Assembly (NCBI GenBank): GCA_031256395.1
Contig: JAIRQQ010000086.1
Span: 37,420-101,419 of the forward strand
DNA length: 64,000 bases
Direction: 5' to 3'
From: Nitrososphaerota archaeon
GTDB taxonomy: Archaea; Thermoproteota; Bathyarchaeia; Bathyarchaeales; Bathycorpusculaceae
Shown: piece by piece, positions 10,318-19,435 of the stretch
Layout of the letters: each line of letters begins with the position of its first letter
Numbering within the stretch: the first letter of the stretch is position 1
Made by a program: the position numbers and the translations under genes
The notes under the pieces: generated by a model
What the model was told of the DNA's origin: nothing
Seen by the model: only the letters and a program-made list of their open reading frames with translations
Database searches by the model: none

Positions 10318-10638
10318 TCAGCGGGTTTCTCGTTCCTTTCCGGCTTGAATTAGGCGTCGAACCCTCTGTCCGCCGCGGTGTCCGGCTTCTTCGAGACTGG
10401 TTTTGCCCTCAGCTTCTTTTGTGCCTTCATGTTGCTTAGCCCGCTCTGAGCCGCCTTTGCTGCCGATTTCGCTGTAGAACTCAGGTCCGCGTTCAGCTGA
10501 AACTTTTTCTCCACCCTTACGACCAATGGCCTCGTAGAATTCTCGCCCATGAGTCGAAGCGGTCTTCTGCCCGCCTTTTCTTCCGGCCTCAGCAACAGTC
10601 ATTTTACCCTTTCTTGGTTCTTCAGTTCGTGTACTCAA
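10318..10638 (-). CDS. KGG-repeat general stress protein, copy 1 (longest)
   Basis: Four EAGRKGG/EIGxKGG-type units; start reassigned to the TTG at 10638 after the GGAGGTGA SD. Confidence 0.88.
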   Translation of the reverse strand: MSTRTEEPRKGKMTVAEAGRKGGQKTASTHGREFYEAIGRKGGEKVSAERGPEFYSEIGSKGGSERAKQHEGTKEAEGKTSLEEAGHRGGQRVRRLIQAGKERETR

Positions 10639-10819
10639 AAAATTCACCTCCCAATATACTACGGAAAAGTAAACAACAATAGAGCCGGATAACCGCTCAT
10701 AAACATATGTTGTTGTACGACACCAATAACACGACCACCACAAAACACACACAAACACCCTAACAATTCAAAAGCGCCTGTGCGTGATGTTAAGCTATAT
10801 TTGGGAGTCTGGCTAATGG

Positions 10820-12313
10820 TTGGGTATGCCGATAAAGATTCTCTTGATTAATCCGCCTCAGACGTTTTATCCCGGCTCAGAGCTTCCGGCAGGTAACTTG
10901 CCCTTGGGTTTGATGTCTATAGCTGCAGTGCTTCAGCGTGCCGGTTATGAGGTGGAATTATTGGATGCTTTCTTTATGGGTGATGGGTCAAAGGCTGATG
11001 GTGAAACCGTTACTCTTGGGATGTCTTTTGCACAGATAGTGCAGCAAATTCAAACCCGTAAACCCGATATTGTGGGTATTTCGGGGCCCTTCACTAGCCA
11101 AATTGGTAACACAATCCAAACTAGTCAAGCAGTCAAAGAAGCAGATCCCAAAATTCTAACCGTTGTGGGCGGTCCACACGTAACATTGGTGCCCAAAGAG
11201 TTTCTCGAACAAACCCCAACCGTTGATATTGTTGTTTGTGGGGAGGGAGAGTACACTATGCTCGAGATTGCCCAATACCATCAGGGTAAAAAAGCACTTG
11301 GCGAAATCAAAGGGATTGCTTATCGCCAAACAAACGGAGTCAATCTAAATGCGTCGGCTCCGTTTGTGGGTGATCTTGATGGGTTACCTTATCCGGCTTA
11401 TAACTTGGTTGATATGGAGCAGTACCTAAACTCCAAACACATTGGGTATCGGAGTTTTCAAAAACGTGCCATATCGATGGTGACCAGCCGAGGCTGTCCG
11501 TTTAATTGCTGTTTTTGTGCAGTACATCTCCACATGGGCCGCTGTTTTCGCGCCCACTCCGCCAAATACGTCCTAGATCACATCCAATATGTTGTGGACA
11601 AATTTGGTGTGAAAAACATCTTTTTTGAAGATGACAACCTCACCTTGGATCTCAAGCGCTTTGAAGCTATATGTGATGGTTTAATTGAGCGGAAAATAAA
11701 AATCGGCTGGGAAACCCCCAATGGTGTTCGCGCTGACTGTCTCAACTTGGCGTTGCTCAAAAAGATGAAGCGCTCGGGTGCTAAGAGTGTTTTTGTGGGT
11801 GTGGAATCCGGTGATCAGCAAATCCTTGATCAGGTGATCTGTAAGAGTCTTGATCTTGAGGCGGTGGTAGAGTTTGCCAAAAACGCTAAAGCCATCGGAT
11901 TAAAGACTGGGGCTTTTTACATTATTGGTTTTCCGGGGGAGACTAAGCAGAATATGCAGCGCACTGTTGATTTTGCGCTGGGGTTGAAGCGTAAATATGA
12001 TGTGGGCATGCATTTGTTTATGGCTACGCCTTCCTATGGGACGCCTCTCTATGAGCTCTGCAAAACCAAGGGTTATATTGCGGCTGATTTGTCATGGGAT
12101 GCGTTTGCGGCGGCGCGTCAGCCCAGTGGTATGCCCCTTATTACGACCGAGGAGTTTGTTCCTGAGGATGTTAAGGCGATCGCGTTTGCGGCGCTTGCTC
12201 AGTATAGGCGGCTCTCGTTGGTAAATCATCTTAAGCATCCTAGGAAGGCTTTGGGGACGGCTTTGGCTCAGCCGCAGCTTATTATAAAGTATATCAAGAG
12301 TCTGACTAAATAG
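10820..12313 (+). CDS. B12-binding (class B) radical SAM protein
   Basis: N-terminal cobalamin-binding domain (LINPP...PLGL...VGG.H), TSRGCPFNCCFC, EDDN, GVESG, IIGFPGET. Confidence 0.92.
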   Translation: MGMPIKILLINPPQTFYPGSELPAGNLPLGLMSIAAVLQRAGYEVELLDAFFMGDGSKADGETVTLGMSFAQIVQQIQTRKPDIVGISGPFTSQIGNTIQTSQAVKEADPKILTVVGGPHVTLVPKEFLEQTPTVDIVVCGEGEYTMLEIAQYHQGKKALGEIKGIAYRQTNGVNLNASAPFVGDLDGLPYPAYNLVDMEQYLNSKHIGYRSFQKRAISMVTSRGCPFNCCFCAVHLHMGRCFRAHSAKYVLDHIQYVVDKFGVKNIFFEDDNLTLDLKRFEAICDGLIERKIKIGWETPNGVRADCLNLALLKKMKRSGAKSVFVGVESGDQQILDQVICKSLDLEAVVEFAKNAKAIGLKTGAFYIIGFPGETKQNMQRTVDFALGLKRKYDVGMHLFMATPSYGTPLYELCKTKGYIAADLSWDAFAAARQPSGMPLITTEEFVPEDVKAIAFAALAQYRRLSLVNHLKHPRKALGTALAQPQLIIKYIKSLTK

Positions 12314-12423
12314 TTGCTTTTGATTATTTGATTGCATGGCTCCTGTAGAAAATCATATTAAGAATTACTGTGGATGTATAGAAATGACAACATTTATATT
12401 GAAACGCGTGACAAGTTAGTTTA

Positions 12424-12693
12424 GTGACTTGCAAAATGAAGCGAGATGAAGCAGTTGCGTGTCTAAAAGACATAAACAATTGTTGCCGACAAATGTGCCC
12501 TGACGCTATCACCCTCATAAATTCTCCAGCCAACGACCCCCTCTCCATCGGCTACCAAGTCCACATCCAAACAATTCTAGACAACGAAACAAAAACCCAA
12601 ATCCAAACCATAACCAAAGAACACCACCTAGCCGTCAAAGAAGAATCCAACAAATTCGTCATCTACGAACCCAAACCCCAAACAAAAACCTAA
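12424..12693 (+). CDS. Small hypothetical protein (likely start ATG 12436)
   Basis: Isolated ORF with consistent codon usage; no recognisable motif. Confidence 0.6.
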   Translation: MTCKMKRDEAVACLKDINNCCRQMCPDAITLINSPANDPLSIGYQVHIQTILDNETKTQIQTITKEHHLAVKEESNKFVIYEPKPQTKT

Positions 12694-12895
12694 ACACCAA
12701 CAATAGTAGCAACAACAACTAATTCTCTTATAGACAACGCAACCCCAAAACAGCACAACTACTTTTACTCAACAAACACCCAGAACACCCCCTAAACGAC
12801 CTTCTTTGGCTTCTGCTTTTTGACTAAACCTGAACTGCTGAACAGATGATGAGCCTAAGTTGCTAAGTGCCAATTCTGCTGGCCATTTGAGTTTG

Positions 12896-13321
12896 TTAGA
12901 ATATGCCGGCTTGGTGGAAGTAATAGTTCTCCTCTTTTTTAGAACCAAAACTCCGCACGCCATCTCTTCGAAGCTGACTCCGCAACTCCTCAGCGTATTC
13001 TTGGGTAATTTCACCTTTTTGCTGCAGATACGAAATAATTTCCTCCGCCTGCTCCACCGTATCGCATCGACGCAAAAAATCCACCGCCTCTGGATTAAAC
13101 GCACGTAATTTATCTGGCACCAGAGTCCGCTGTGGTGACTTCTCTATCTCCTGATGATGATGCTGGTGGGTTTCGCCGCATTCACAAGCTTCCCGCTCTG
13201 CCGCTTCTGCAGCTTCACAAACTCCCTCAATGGGTACCTGATTTTCTCCCCCTTCCAGCTCACGATAGAGATTAGGAAACATTTTCCTAAGATCCTTCTT
13301 ACTCACAGCCATAACAATCAA
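12896..13321 (-). CDS. DUF2095-like protein with Cys/His-rich insert
   Basis: P.AVDFLRRCDT.EQA.EII.YL...GEI...YA..LR..L...GVRSFGSKKE..YY. Confidence 0.8.
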   Translation of the reverse strand: MIVMAVSKKDLRKMFPNLYRELEGGENQVPIEGVCEAAEAAEREACECGETHQHHHQEIEKSPQRTLVPDKLRAFNPEAVDFLRRCDTVEQAEEIISYLQQKGEITQEYAEELRSQLRRDGVRSFGSKKEENYYFHQAGIF

Positions 13322-13437
13322 TCACACAAAAAACCCAGCGAGCTTTATGTGCTTTTTTGCCAACAACTCCACAACCACAAGAAAATACCCTGCCATAAAG
13401 ACCTGTAAATGCAAGGGCATTATCTACTACGGTTAGG

Positions 13438-14703
13438 TTAGCGTTTGGTGATGGTTTGGTAGAGTTCCACAGTTTTTTCTGCAATTTTGTTCCACGTAAA
13501 CTCTGCTAAGACGCGTTTTCGGCCGTTTTTACCTAGTTTGGTGGCCCAGTTATTTGTCTCAAGCGCGCTGGTTACGCCCCAGGCAATATCACTTGGATTA
13601 AAGGGATCAATGTGGTAGCCGCACTGCTCTGGCCCACAACAAATAACAATCTCTCGCATCCCACTCACCCCTGAGGCACCCACAACCACAGGTTTTTCCA
13701 TACTCATAGCCTCCAGCGCAACAATACCAAAGGGCTCATAAAAACTAGGAAACACGGCAATATCACAGGCAGCATAGTGAAGAATGCGTTCTTCTTCGGG
13801 GATAAAATCAAAACAAAACTTGACATACTCCCCCATCTTGGTCATCGCCGTAAGATTGGTGAGATATTCTTGCAGATCACCCACACCCACAATAACCAAC
13901 TTGGCTTGAGGCATTTTCGATAGAATGTGCGGCATAGCCAAAATCAGTTTATCCACCCCCTTCACCCCGACTAGGCGGCCTATGAAGAGCAACATGTGGT
14001 CATCGGGTTTTATGTCATATTTAGCACGCAGGCGCGCGATGTCTTCTTTGGATACGTTTGCGGGATTGTACTTCTCAGGATCCACCCCGTTGTAGCTGAC
14101 CTGAATCTTTTCCCTTGGAAAACCCAACCCGATAAGCTCATCTTTCATAGCATAAGAAACTGTAACCACCATATCAGCCATCTTGGCAGTACGCAACTCA
14201 ATGTTACTAACCACACCTGAACCCGTACCCATGGTTCGCCCCTTCTCAGTTGAGTGCACATGAAACGCAAACGGCAACCCCGTCTCGCGCTTAACTGTGG
14301 TGCCTCCCATAGCTGAGAGCCAATCATGCGCCACCACCACATCATAGTGCATCCCCTCTTGGCGAATTAACTCATTAATCAACTTGGCCGCCGAGAGATA
14401 ATTATAAACCATCAACTTACCAAACAAACGCTGCCCCCGACCCCACTTCCTAATATCCTCAGAAATAACATCAGGCAACGAATCAGAAATATCAATATGG
14501 AGCGGCCGATGAACCTCAATACCCCGCCAAATCTCACGAACCGGCATCGACCCCCCATCATCATTCATCGTAAAAACTGTAACATCATGATCATTTAAAA
14601 CAAACCGACGAGTAATCTCCGCACCATAAGTACCCAACCCACCAACAATCTTGGGAGGAAACTCGTAGATAAAAACCGCAAGTTTCAAACAAGCCACCAC
14701 CAA
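13438..14703 (-). CDS. GT4 family glycosyltransferase (glycogen-synthase-like)
   Basis: EFPP..VGGLG, HDWL, HSTE.GR, FPSFYEPFGIVALEAM. Confidence 0.92.
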   Translation of the reverse strand: MVVACLKLAVFIYEFPPKIVGGLGTYGAEITRRFVLNDHDVTVFTMNDDGGSMPVREIWRGIEVHRPLHIDISDSLPDVISEDIRKWGRGQRLFGKLMVYNYLSAAKLINELIRQEGMHYDVVVAHDWLSAMGGTTVKRETGLPFAFHVHSTEKGRTMGTGSGVVSNIELRTAKMADMVVTVSYAMKDELIGLGFPREKIQVSYNGVDPEKYNPANVSKEDIARLRAKYDIKPDDHMLLFIGRLVGVKGVDKLILAMPHILSKMPQAKLVIVGVGDLQEYLTNLTAMTKMGEYVKFCFDFIPEEERILHYAACDIAVFPSFYEPFGIVALEAMSMEKPVVVGASGVSGMREIVICCGPEQCGYHIDPFNPSDIAWGVTSALETNNWATKLGKNGRKRVLAEFTWNKIAEKTVELYQTITKR

Positions 14704-14804
14704 ACAAAAAGAAACCTCACTACAAAAACCTTACCCCACCCCACCCACCCCCACGCCAACCCCACAGGCACAGAAAAGTTTGATTAACTCCCACAACCCT
14801 ATAA

Positions 14805-15413
14805 TTGGTAGGTTCTGCTATGAGTCTCTCCCCTATCAAACAAGAAATCCTCTCCTCCATGCTACTAAATCTTCACCCCCAAACAGCCCAAGATATAGCC
14901 CAAGATATCCAAAAAGAACTCCAACCCGTCACCATAAACCTCCTAGGCCTCCAAAACATGGGCTATGTAGATCTGCATGAAAAAGACCACTACACCCTAA
15001 CAAAAAGCGGCAAACAAATCCTGGGCATACCTGAGATTACCAAAGAGAAAGCAGAAACCATTCTCGCATACGCACCCCACGATAAAGCCTTCAACTTTTA
15101 TACAGCAGACAACCAACCCCTCCACATTCATGCTCATAATCTGCGGGATTTCACCACCAAACTCGAAAAAGTCGACCTCACCTCAATTGAATTTCACCTA
15201 ACCCGTGGTGACTTTGAAACTTGGTTTAGTCACCTAGGCGATGAGGAACTCGTCAAAAAAACAATCCTGCTCAAACAAAAAAACCTCCCAAGCAACGAAC
15301 TACGCAACCAACTCCAAACCATAACAAAACAACGCTACATCGAACTCGCCAAACTCGCAGACATACCCCTCCTCCCAACCGAACACGACCACTCTCACCA
15401 CCATCACCACTAA
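14805..15413 (+). CDS. wHTH plus DUF5752-like protein with C-terminal poly-His
   Basis: AFNFYT..., SIEFHL.RGDFETW...LGD.EL; ends HDHSHHHHH. Confidence 0.75.
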   Translation: MVGSAMSLSPIKQEILSSMLLNLHPQTAQDIAQDIQKELQPVTINLLGLQNMGYVDLHEKDHYTLTKSGKQILGIPEITKEKAETILAYAPHDKAFNFYTADNQPLHIHAHNLRDFTTKLEKVDLTSIEFHLTRGDFETWFSHLGDEELVKKTILLKQKNLPSNELRNQLQTITKQRYIELAKLADIPLLPTEHDHSHHHHH

Positions 15414-15521
15414 CGCGCTACCCTACCCTATTTTATTGGTTACCCAGACCTCTATGTTGGTCTGATTTCTATGGCAACAATTAAAAAGAGCTGAAAAGAA
15501 AGAAGAAGATAAAAAGAAAAG

Positions 15522-16505
15522 TTAGGTTATGTGGCTGTAGACGGGGTGGCCTTTGAATTTGAGGTTGGTTTCTGACCACTCGACGCTTCCGCTTGGGAGT
15601 CTTGTGCACATCGATTTGACGATGGCTCCGGTGGGTGTGAATCTGACGCCGTCGAGCATTTCGCCTTTGGTGACGCCTGATGCTGCAAAGATCATTTCAT
15701 TGCCTTTTGCTAATTCGTCTTCGGTGTAGGTTTTGTTTACGTCGACTCCTGCGGCTTCTAGTCGGGTTAGTCGGTTGGCGTCGTCTTTTCTGTCGCGCCA
15801 GACTTTGACTAGCATGGTGCCGCCTAGACATTTGACTGCGGTGGCTGCGATGGTGGCCTCAGCTCCTGCGCCTGCGCCTATTAGCAAGTCGATGCCAGAA
15901 TTGGGTAGGCAGGTGACTATGGAGCCTGCGATGTCGCCATCGGTTATCAAGATGAGGCGCACGCCCATTTTTCTTAGGCGTTCAAGCAGGCCTAGGTGGC
16001 GTTCTCGTTCGAGCATGATTACAGTAAAGTTGGATAGGTCTAAGCCTTTGTTTTTTGCGACGGTCTGCACAATTTCTTCAAAGGTCATATCAGCCGATAG
16101 TTTGCCCCTGGATTGGCCATCGGTGGCAATTTTAAAGTAGTATCCATCATCGGGTAGTACTTGGAGACATCCCGCGGGTGCACAGGCTAATGCTGATATG
16201 GCGTCTTTTTTGCCCTTGGAGGTGGCGGTGGTGCCATCGACTTGGTCGATGACAAACTCGACTTTGGGGCCATTGCCGGTGCCGACTTTTTCTTTGTAAC
16301 TAAAGGCCGGCGCATTGTCTTTGGGGCCTTCACAGCAGATGACCTCGCCGTCTACCTCGGTTTGGTTGAGAACCGCTCGAGAGAAGTCCAGCGCGGTTTG
16401 GTCTACTTTATCAGAGTCACCTTTGCCTATGTGAAGTGCTGCTCCCACGGCTCCAGCTATGGTTATACGCGTTAGAGATGGAGATAATGATCTAAGAGAT
16501 GTCAT
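15522..16505 (-). CDS. glpX: Class II fructose-1,6-bisphosphatase (GlpX), divergent
   Basis: G.GD...VD, EG..D.AP, D.VDGT, LERERH, TDGDI, FAASGVT.G.MLDGVRF. Confidence 0.88.
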   Translation of the reverse strand: MTSLRSLSPSLTRITIAGAVGAALHIGKGDSDKVDQTALDFSRAVLNQTEVDGEVICCEGPKDNAPAFSYKEKVGTGNGPKVEFVIDQVDGTTATSKGKKDAISALACAPAGCLQVLPDDGYYFKIATDGQSRGKLSADMTFEEIVQTVAKNKGLDLSNFTVIMLERERHLGLLERLRKMGVRLILITDGDIAGSIVTCLPNSGIDLLIGAGAGAEATIAATAVKCLGGTMLVKVWRDRKDDANRLTRLEAAGVDVNKTYTEDELAKGNEMIFAASGVTKGEMLDGVRFTPTGAIVKSMCTRLPSGSVEWSETNLKFKGHPVYSHIT

Positions 16506-16506
16506 G

Positions 16507-17421
16507 TTAGTTCTTCCTCTGAGTTTGCCATAAATCTACAAATTCAATATAATTCTGAGCAATCTTTTCAATCGCTTGAGACCTATCTAGTTTGTTGGCT
16601 CTAAATTCGACTAGGGGATCCCAAAATATGGTTCGTCCAACTGCAAACCCAATAATACCGGGTATGCTGGCGCCTACTTTGAGCCACTCCTGAACTTTTT
16701 CTTTAGACTCGCCGCGCCCTAGGGTGATGACGCCTGCTTTGCGCCCATTGCTCTGCGCTTGTGCAACAACTGCTTTGGCCGCCTCAGCCTTATCGACCCC
16801 TTCGAGTTTCCAAATCGCCGGCTCAACTCCACTGTCTTGGATTTGTTTTATACTCTCAACCATCAGTTGCGGCCGCAACTCGATATCATATTTTTCTTTT
16901 GATCCGCCCAACTTGGCTAGTTGCTCAGAGGTAGCGGGCACGATAAGCTCAAAGAGAAACGGTCGATTGGTCGCTATAAGATAATCACTGAGTTTTTTAA
17001 GGCGCTGTAACTGACGCATATTGAGTGTGGCTTCACTCTCAGGATTGTAGCGCACCAACACCTTTAGAAAAGTCGGCTCAAACGCCTCAATATGATTGCT
17101 GAATTGATCACCGTATTCAAAGTCAAACTCGTCCTGACCAGATTTTTCTGCCGGCATAGCAAATTGGAACCCTTGTTGTTTGGCTTCCCGAAGAATATTT
17201 GATCCAAACTCTTCATCAACCAACAACCCCGCAATTTCTTTAGGAACCTTTTTTTGAAGCGCCAACTTGAAGCCTTCAAAAATTATTTGTTTGGCTTCTT
17301 GGATGCTTTGTTTCTCCTCAGCCGTTGGAGGCCGACCCTTGATTCCAAATAATTTCTCGATAAACGATGCCCTGTGATCAAAGGCTAAAATCAATAAGTC
17401 ACTCTTCGACCAATCCGTCAT
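16507..17421 (-). CDS. DUF2090 / IolC C-terminal-like class I aldolase (LacD-like TIM barrel)
   Basis: ILAFDHR, KVLVRYNP, LFELIVP, IWKLEG (Schiff-base Lys), LGRG, GFAVGRTIFW. Confidence 0.85.
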   Translation of the reverse strand: MTDWSKSDLLILAFDHRASFIEKLFGIKGRPPTAEEKQSIQEAKQIIFEGFKLALQKKVPKEIAGLLVDEEFGSNILREAKQQGFQFAMPAEKSGQDEFDFEYGDQFSNHIEAFEPTFLKVLVRYNPESEATLNMRQLQRLKKLSDYLIATNRPFLFELIVPATSEQLAKLGGSKEKYDIELRPQLMVESIKQIQDSGVEPAIWKLEGVDKAEAAKAVVAQAQSNGRKAGVITLGRGESKEKVQEWLKVGASIPGIIGFAVGRTIFWDPLVEFRANKLDRSQAIEKIAQNYIEFVDLWQTQRKN

Positions 17422-17546
17422 GTGTTTTTACCGTACTTTTATCTGTTTTTCTATAATAAATGCCTTGTTGCTATCTTTCAAGTTCCCACAAACAATTTTG
17501 GGGAAAATAAAATAATAACGCAACACATAACACTAAAGAATCAAAC

Positions 17547-18047
17547 ATGCCCGAATTACGCGTTGTCACCGTCAAATTAGCTGAGGAAATCTACCAAGAA
17601 CTCGCCCTACGTATCCCCGAAGGTGACCGTAGCACCTTTATCCGCGACGCCATAGCAGAAAAACTCCAAACCACCCCCAAACCCGACAAACTCTTAGCCC
17701 TCCAACAACGCCTAACCCAACTAGAAGAACAATTCGGTCAAATCCAAAAATACCTAAACGATCTTGACATCCTCACATTCCAACACGGCAAAATCAACCC
17801 CTACCAATACGCCCAAGACGAAGTCGACCGCCAAATCATTGAGTACCTTCTAAATTACAAATCCGCCACCACCCCCGAAATAGCTGACTACCTAAAAACC
17901 AATCGCTGGCTGGTTCTAAACCGTCTGCAAAGAATCGAGAAAACCAGCCAAAAACAAGCCGGTAAATCCATCATCGAATACTATGCAGGCGAACGCTCAG
18001 GCAAGAAAAAAGCTTGGTGGCTAAACGAAACCCTAATCCAAGAGTAA
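17547..18047 (+). CDS. Putative regulator: ribbon-helix-helix, coiled coil and wHTH
   Basis: RVVTVKL...DRSTFIRDAI; ATTPEIADYLKTNRWLVLNRL. Confidence 0.65.
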   Translation: MPELRVVTVKLAEEIYQELALRIPEGDRSTFIRDAIAEKLQTTPKPDKLLALQQRLTQLEEQFGQIQKYLNDLDILTFQHGKINPYQYAQDEVDRQIIEYLLNYKSATTPEIADYLKTNRWLVLNRLQRIEKTSQKQAGKSIIEYYAGERSGKKKAWWLNETLIQE

Positions 18048-18075
18048 TCAAACTATCACTTAGGGTTGGCTATGA

Positions 18076-19224
18076 ATGAATAAACATGTCTCATTTGTGT
18101 TGATTTTTCTTTTCATAAGTGGAACCTTTGTAACCACATTTAGTCCTGTTTCAGTATCAGCGGCTGTTGATGATTCTTGGACTACGCTGGCTCCTATGAA
18201 TCAAGCTAGATCTGATTTGGGAGTTGTGGCGGTGGATGACAAAATTTATGCTATTGGCGGAAATCTCGCATTTGGTGTTGCTACTAATAGTGAGAATAAT
18301 TATGTGGGTACTAATGAGGGCTATGATTCAAAGTCCAATACCTGGACTACTTTGGCCTCTATGCCTACTCCACGCCAAGGTTTTGCTATCGCCGCTTGTG
18401 ACGGCAAAATTTACTGCATAGGCGGATATGGCTACAATAAAGCGAGCAGTTTGCTGGATAATCTTGTGGTAAATGAGGTCTATGATATAGCTTCTAATAG
18501 TTGGAGTACTAAAACACCCCTAACCATTAGCGGACCGAACTTGCAGGCCCATGTTGTGGATGAAAAAATTTTCGTCATAGTCTCTAGTCTTCTGTATGTG
18601 TATGATCCAGTTACTGATTCTTGGTCTCAAAAAACTTCTCTACCCAAAGCCTCTGACTCTGATCCAGATAGTTATTCAGCTGTGATAGACAATCAGATAA
18701 TAGTTATTACTTATTTTGACGAAGCGCTCAGAGTCCTGAGCTATGATCAAAAAACAGATAAGTGGAGCGAAGTAAAACAGGACCGAAACAACAATAATAG
18801 TTCATTTGGCCGCGCTGTTGCGGTAGCAACATTGGGCCATTTTGCTCCTCAAAAAATCTATGTCCTAAGTGGTGGTAGCACTATATTTTTTAATCCAATA
18901 AGTTATATAGCGGCTTATGACCCATCAAGTGGGGTGTGGGAACAGGTCAAAGAAGATCCAACACCTCGACTAAATTTTGGCGTAGCTGTTCTTGATGACG
19001 TTTTATATGTAATCGGAGGAGCACTCCTAGGAACCGACGGCCAAATAGCGTCTTCAGCTGTAAATGCGCAATATGTACCCATTGGCTATAACGGTCCTGC
19101 ATTATCTGATTCTGACTCTCCTGCAGATAATATGGTTCTTGTTAGTGCATTAGTTGGAACAACTGCAGGCGTTGTTGTGGCAGGGGTATTATTGTTCATT
19201 TTTAAAAATAAAGAGAAGCAATAA
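18076..19224 (+). CDS. Secreted Kelch-repeat protein with C-terminal TM anchor
   Basis: Signal peptide; repeated KIY.IGG...YD....W motifs; TM plus KNKEKQ. Confidence 0.9.
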   Translation: MNKHVSFVLIFLFISGTFVTTFSPVSVSAAVDDSWTTLAPMNQARSDLGVVAVDDKIYAIGGNLAFGVATNSENNYVGTNEGYDSKSNTWTTLASMPTPRQGFAIAACDGKIYCIGGYGYNKASSLLDNLVVNEVYDIASNSWSTKTPLTISGPNLQAHVVDEKIFVIVSSLLYVYDPVTDSWSQKTSLPKASDSDPDSYSAVIDNQIIVITYFDEALRVLSYDQKTDKWSEVKQDRNNNNSSFGRAVAVATLGHFAPQKIYVLSGGSTIFFNPISYIAAYDPSSGVWEQVKEDPTPRLNFGVAVLDDVLYVIGGALLGTDGQIASSAVNAQYVPIGYNGPALSDSDSPADNMVLVSALVGTTAGVVVAGVLLFIFKNKEKQ

Positions 19225-19435
19225 AAACAAATCTACCGTCCTCTCTTTTTTGTATTCGCGTTAATTTAGCTCTGTGTCATTGATGCAACAATTCTTCTCA
19301 TGTGTATTGCCTGCTTTGCTTGTTATTTAAGAATAAAGGCTTCGATTGCATGGAAAAAATGATGTTGTTTTTAATTATCGACTACACAAAACAGCAACAA
19401 TATAATCTCAATTCAACCCATCCGGAAAAGACTTA

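Noticed and set aside
9150-10640. CRISPR-like array from the recurring ~30-80 bp repeats
   Set aside because: The repeats lie inside KGG coding sequences, spacing is irregular, and there are no cas genes.
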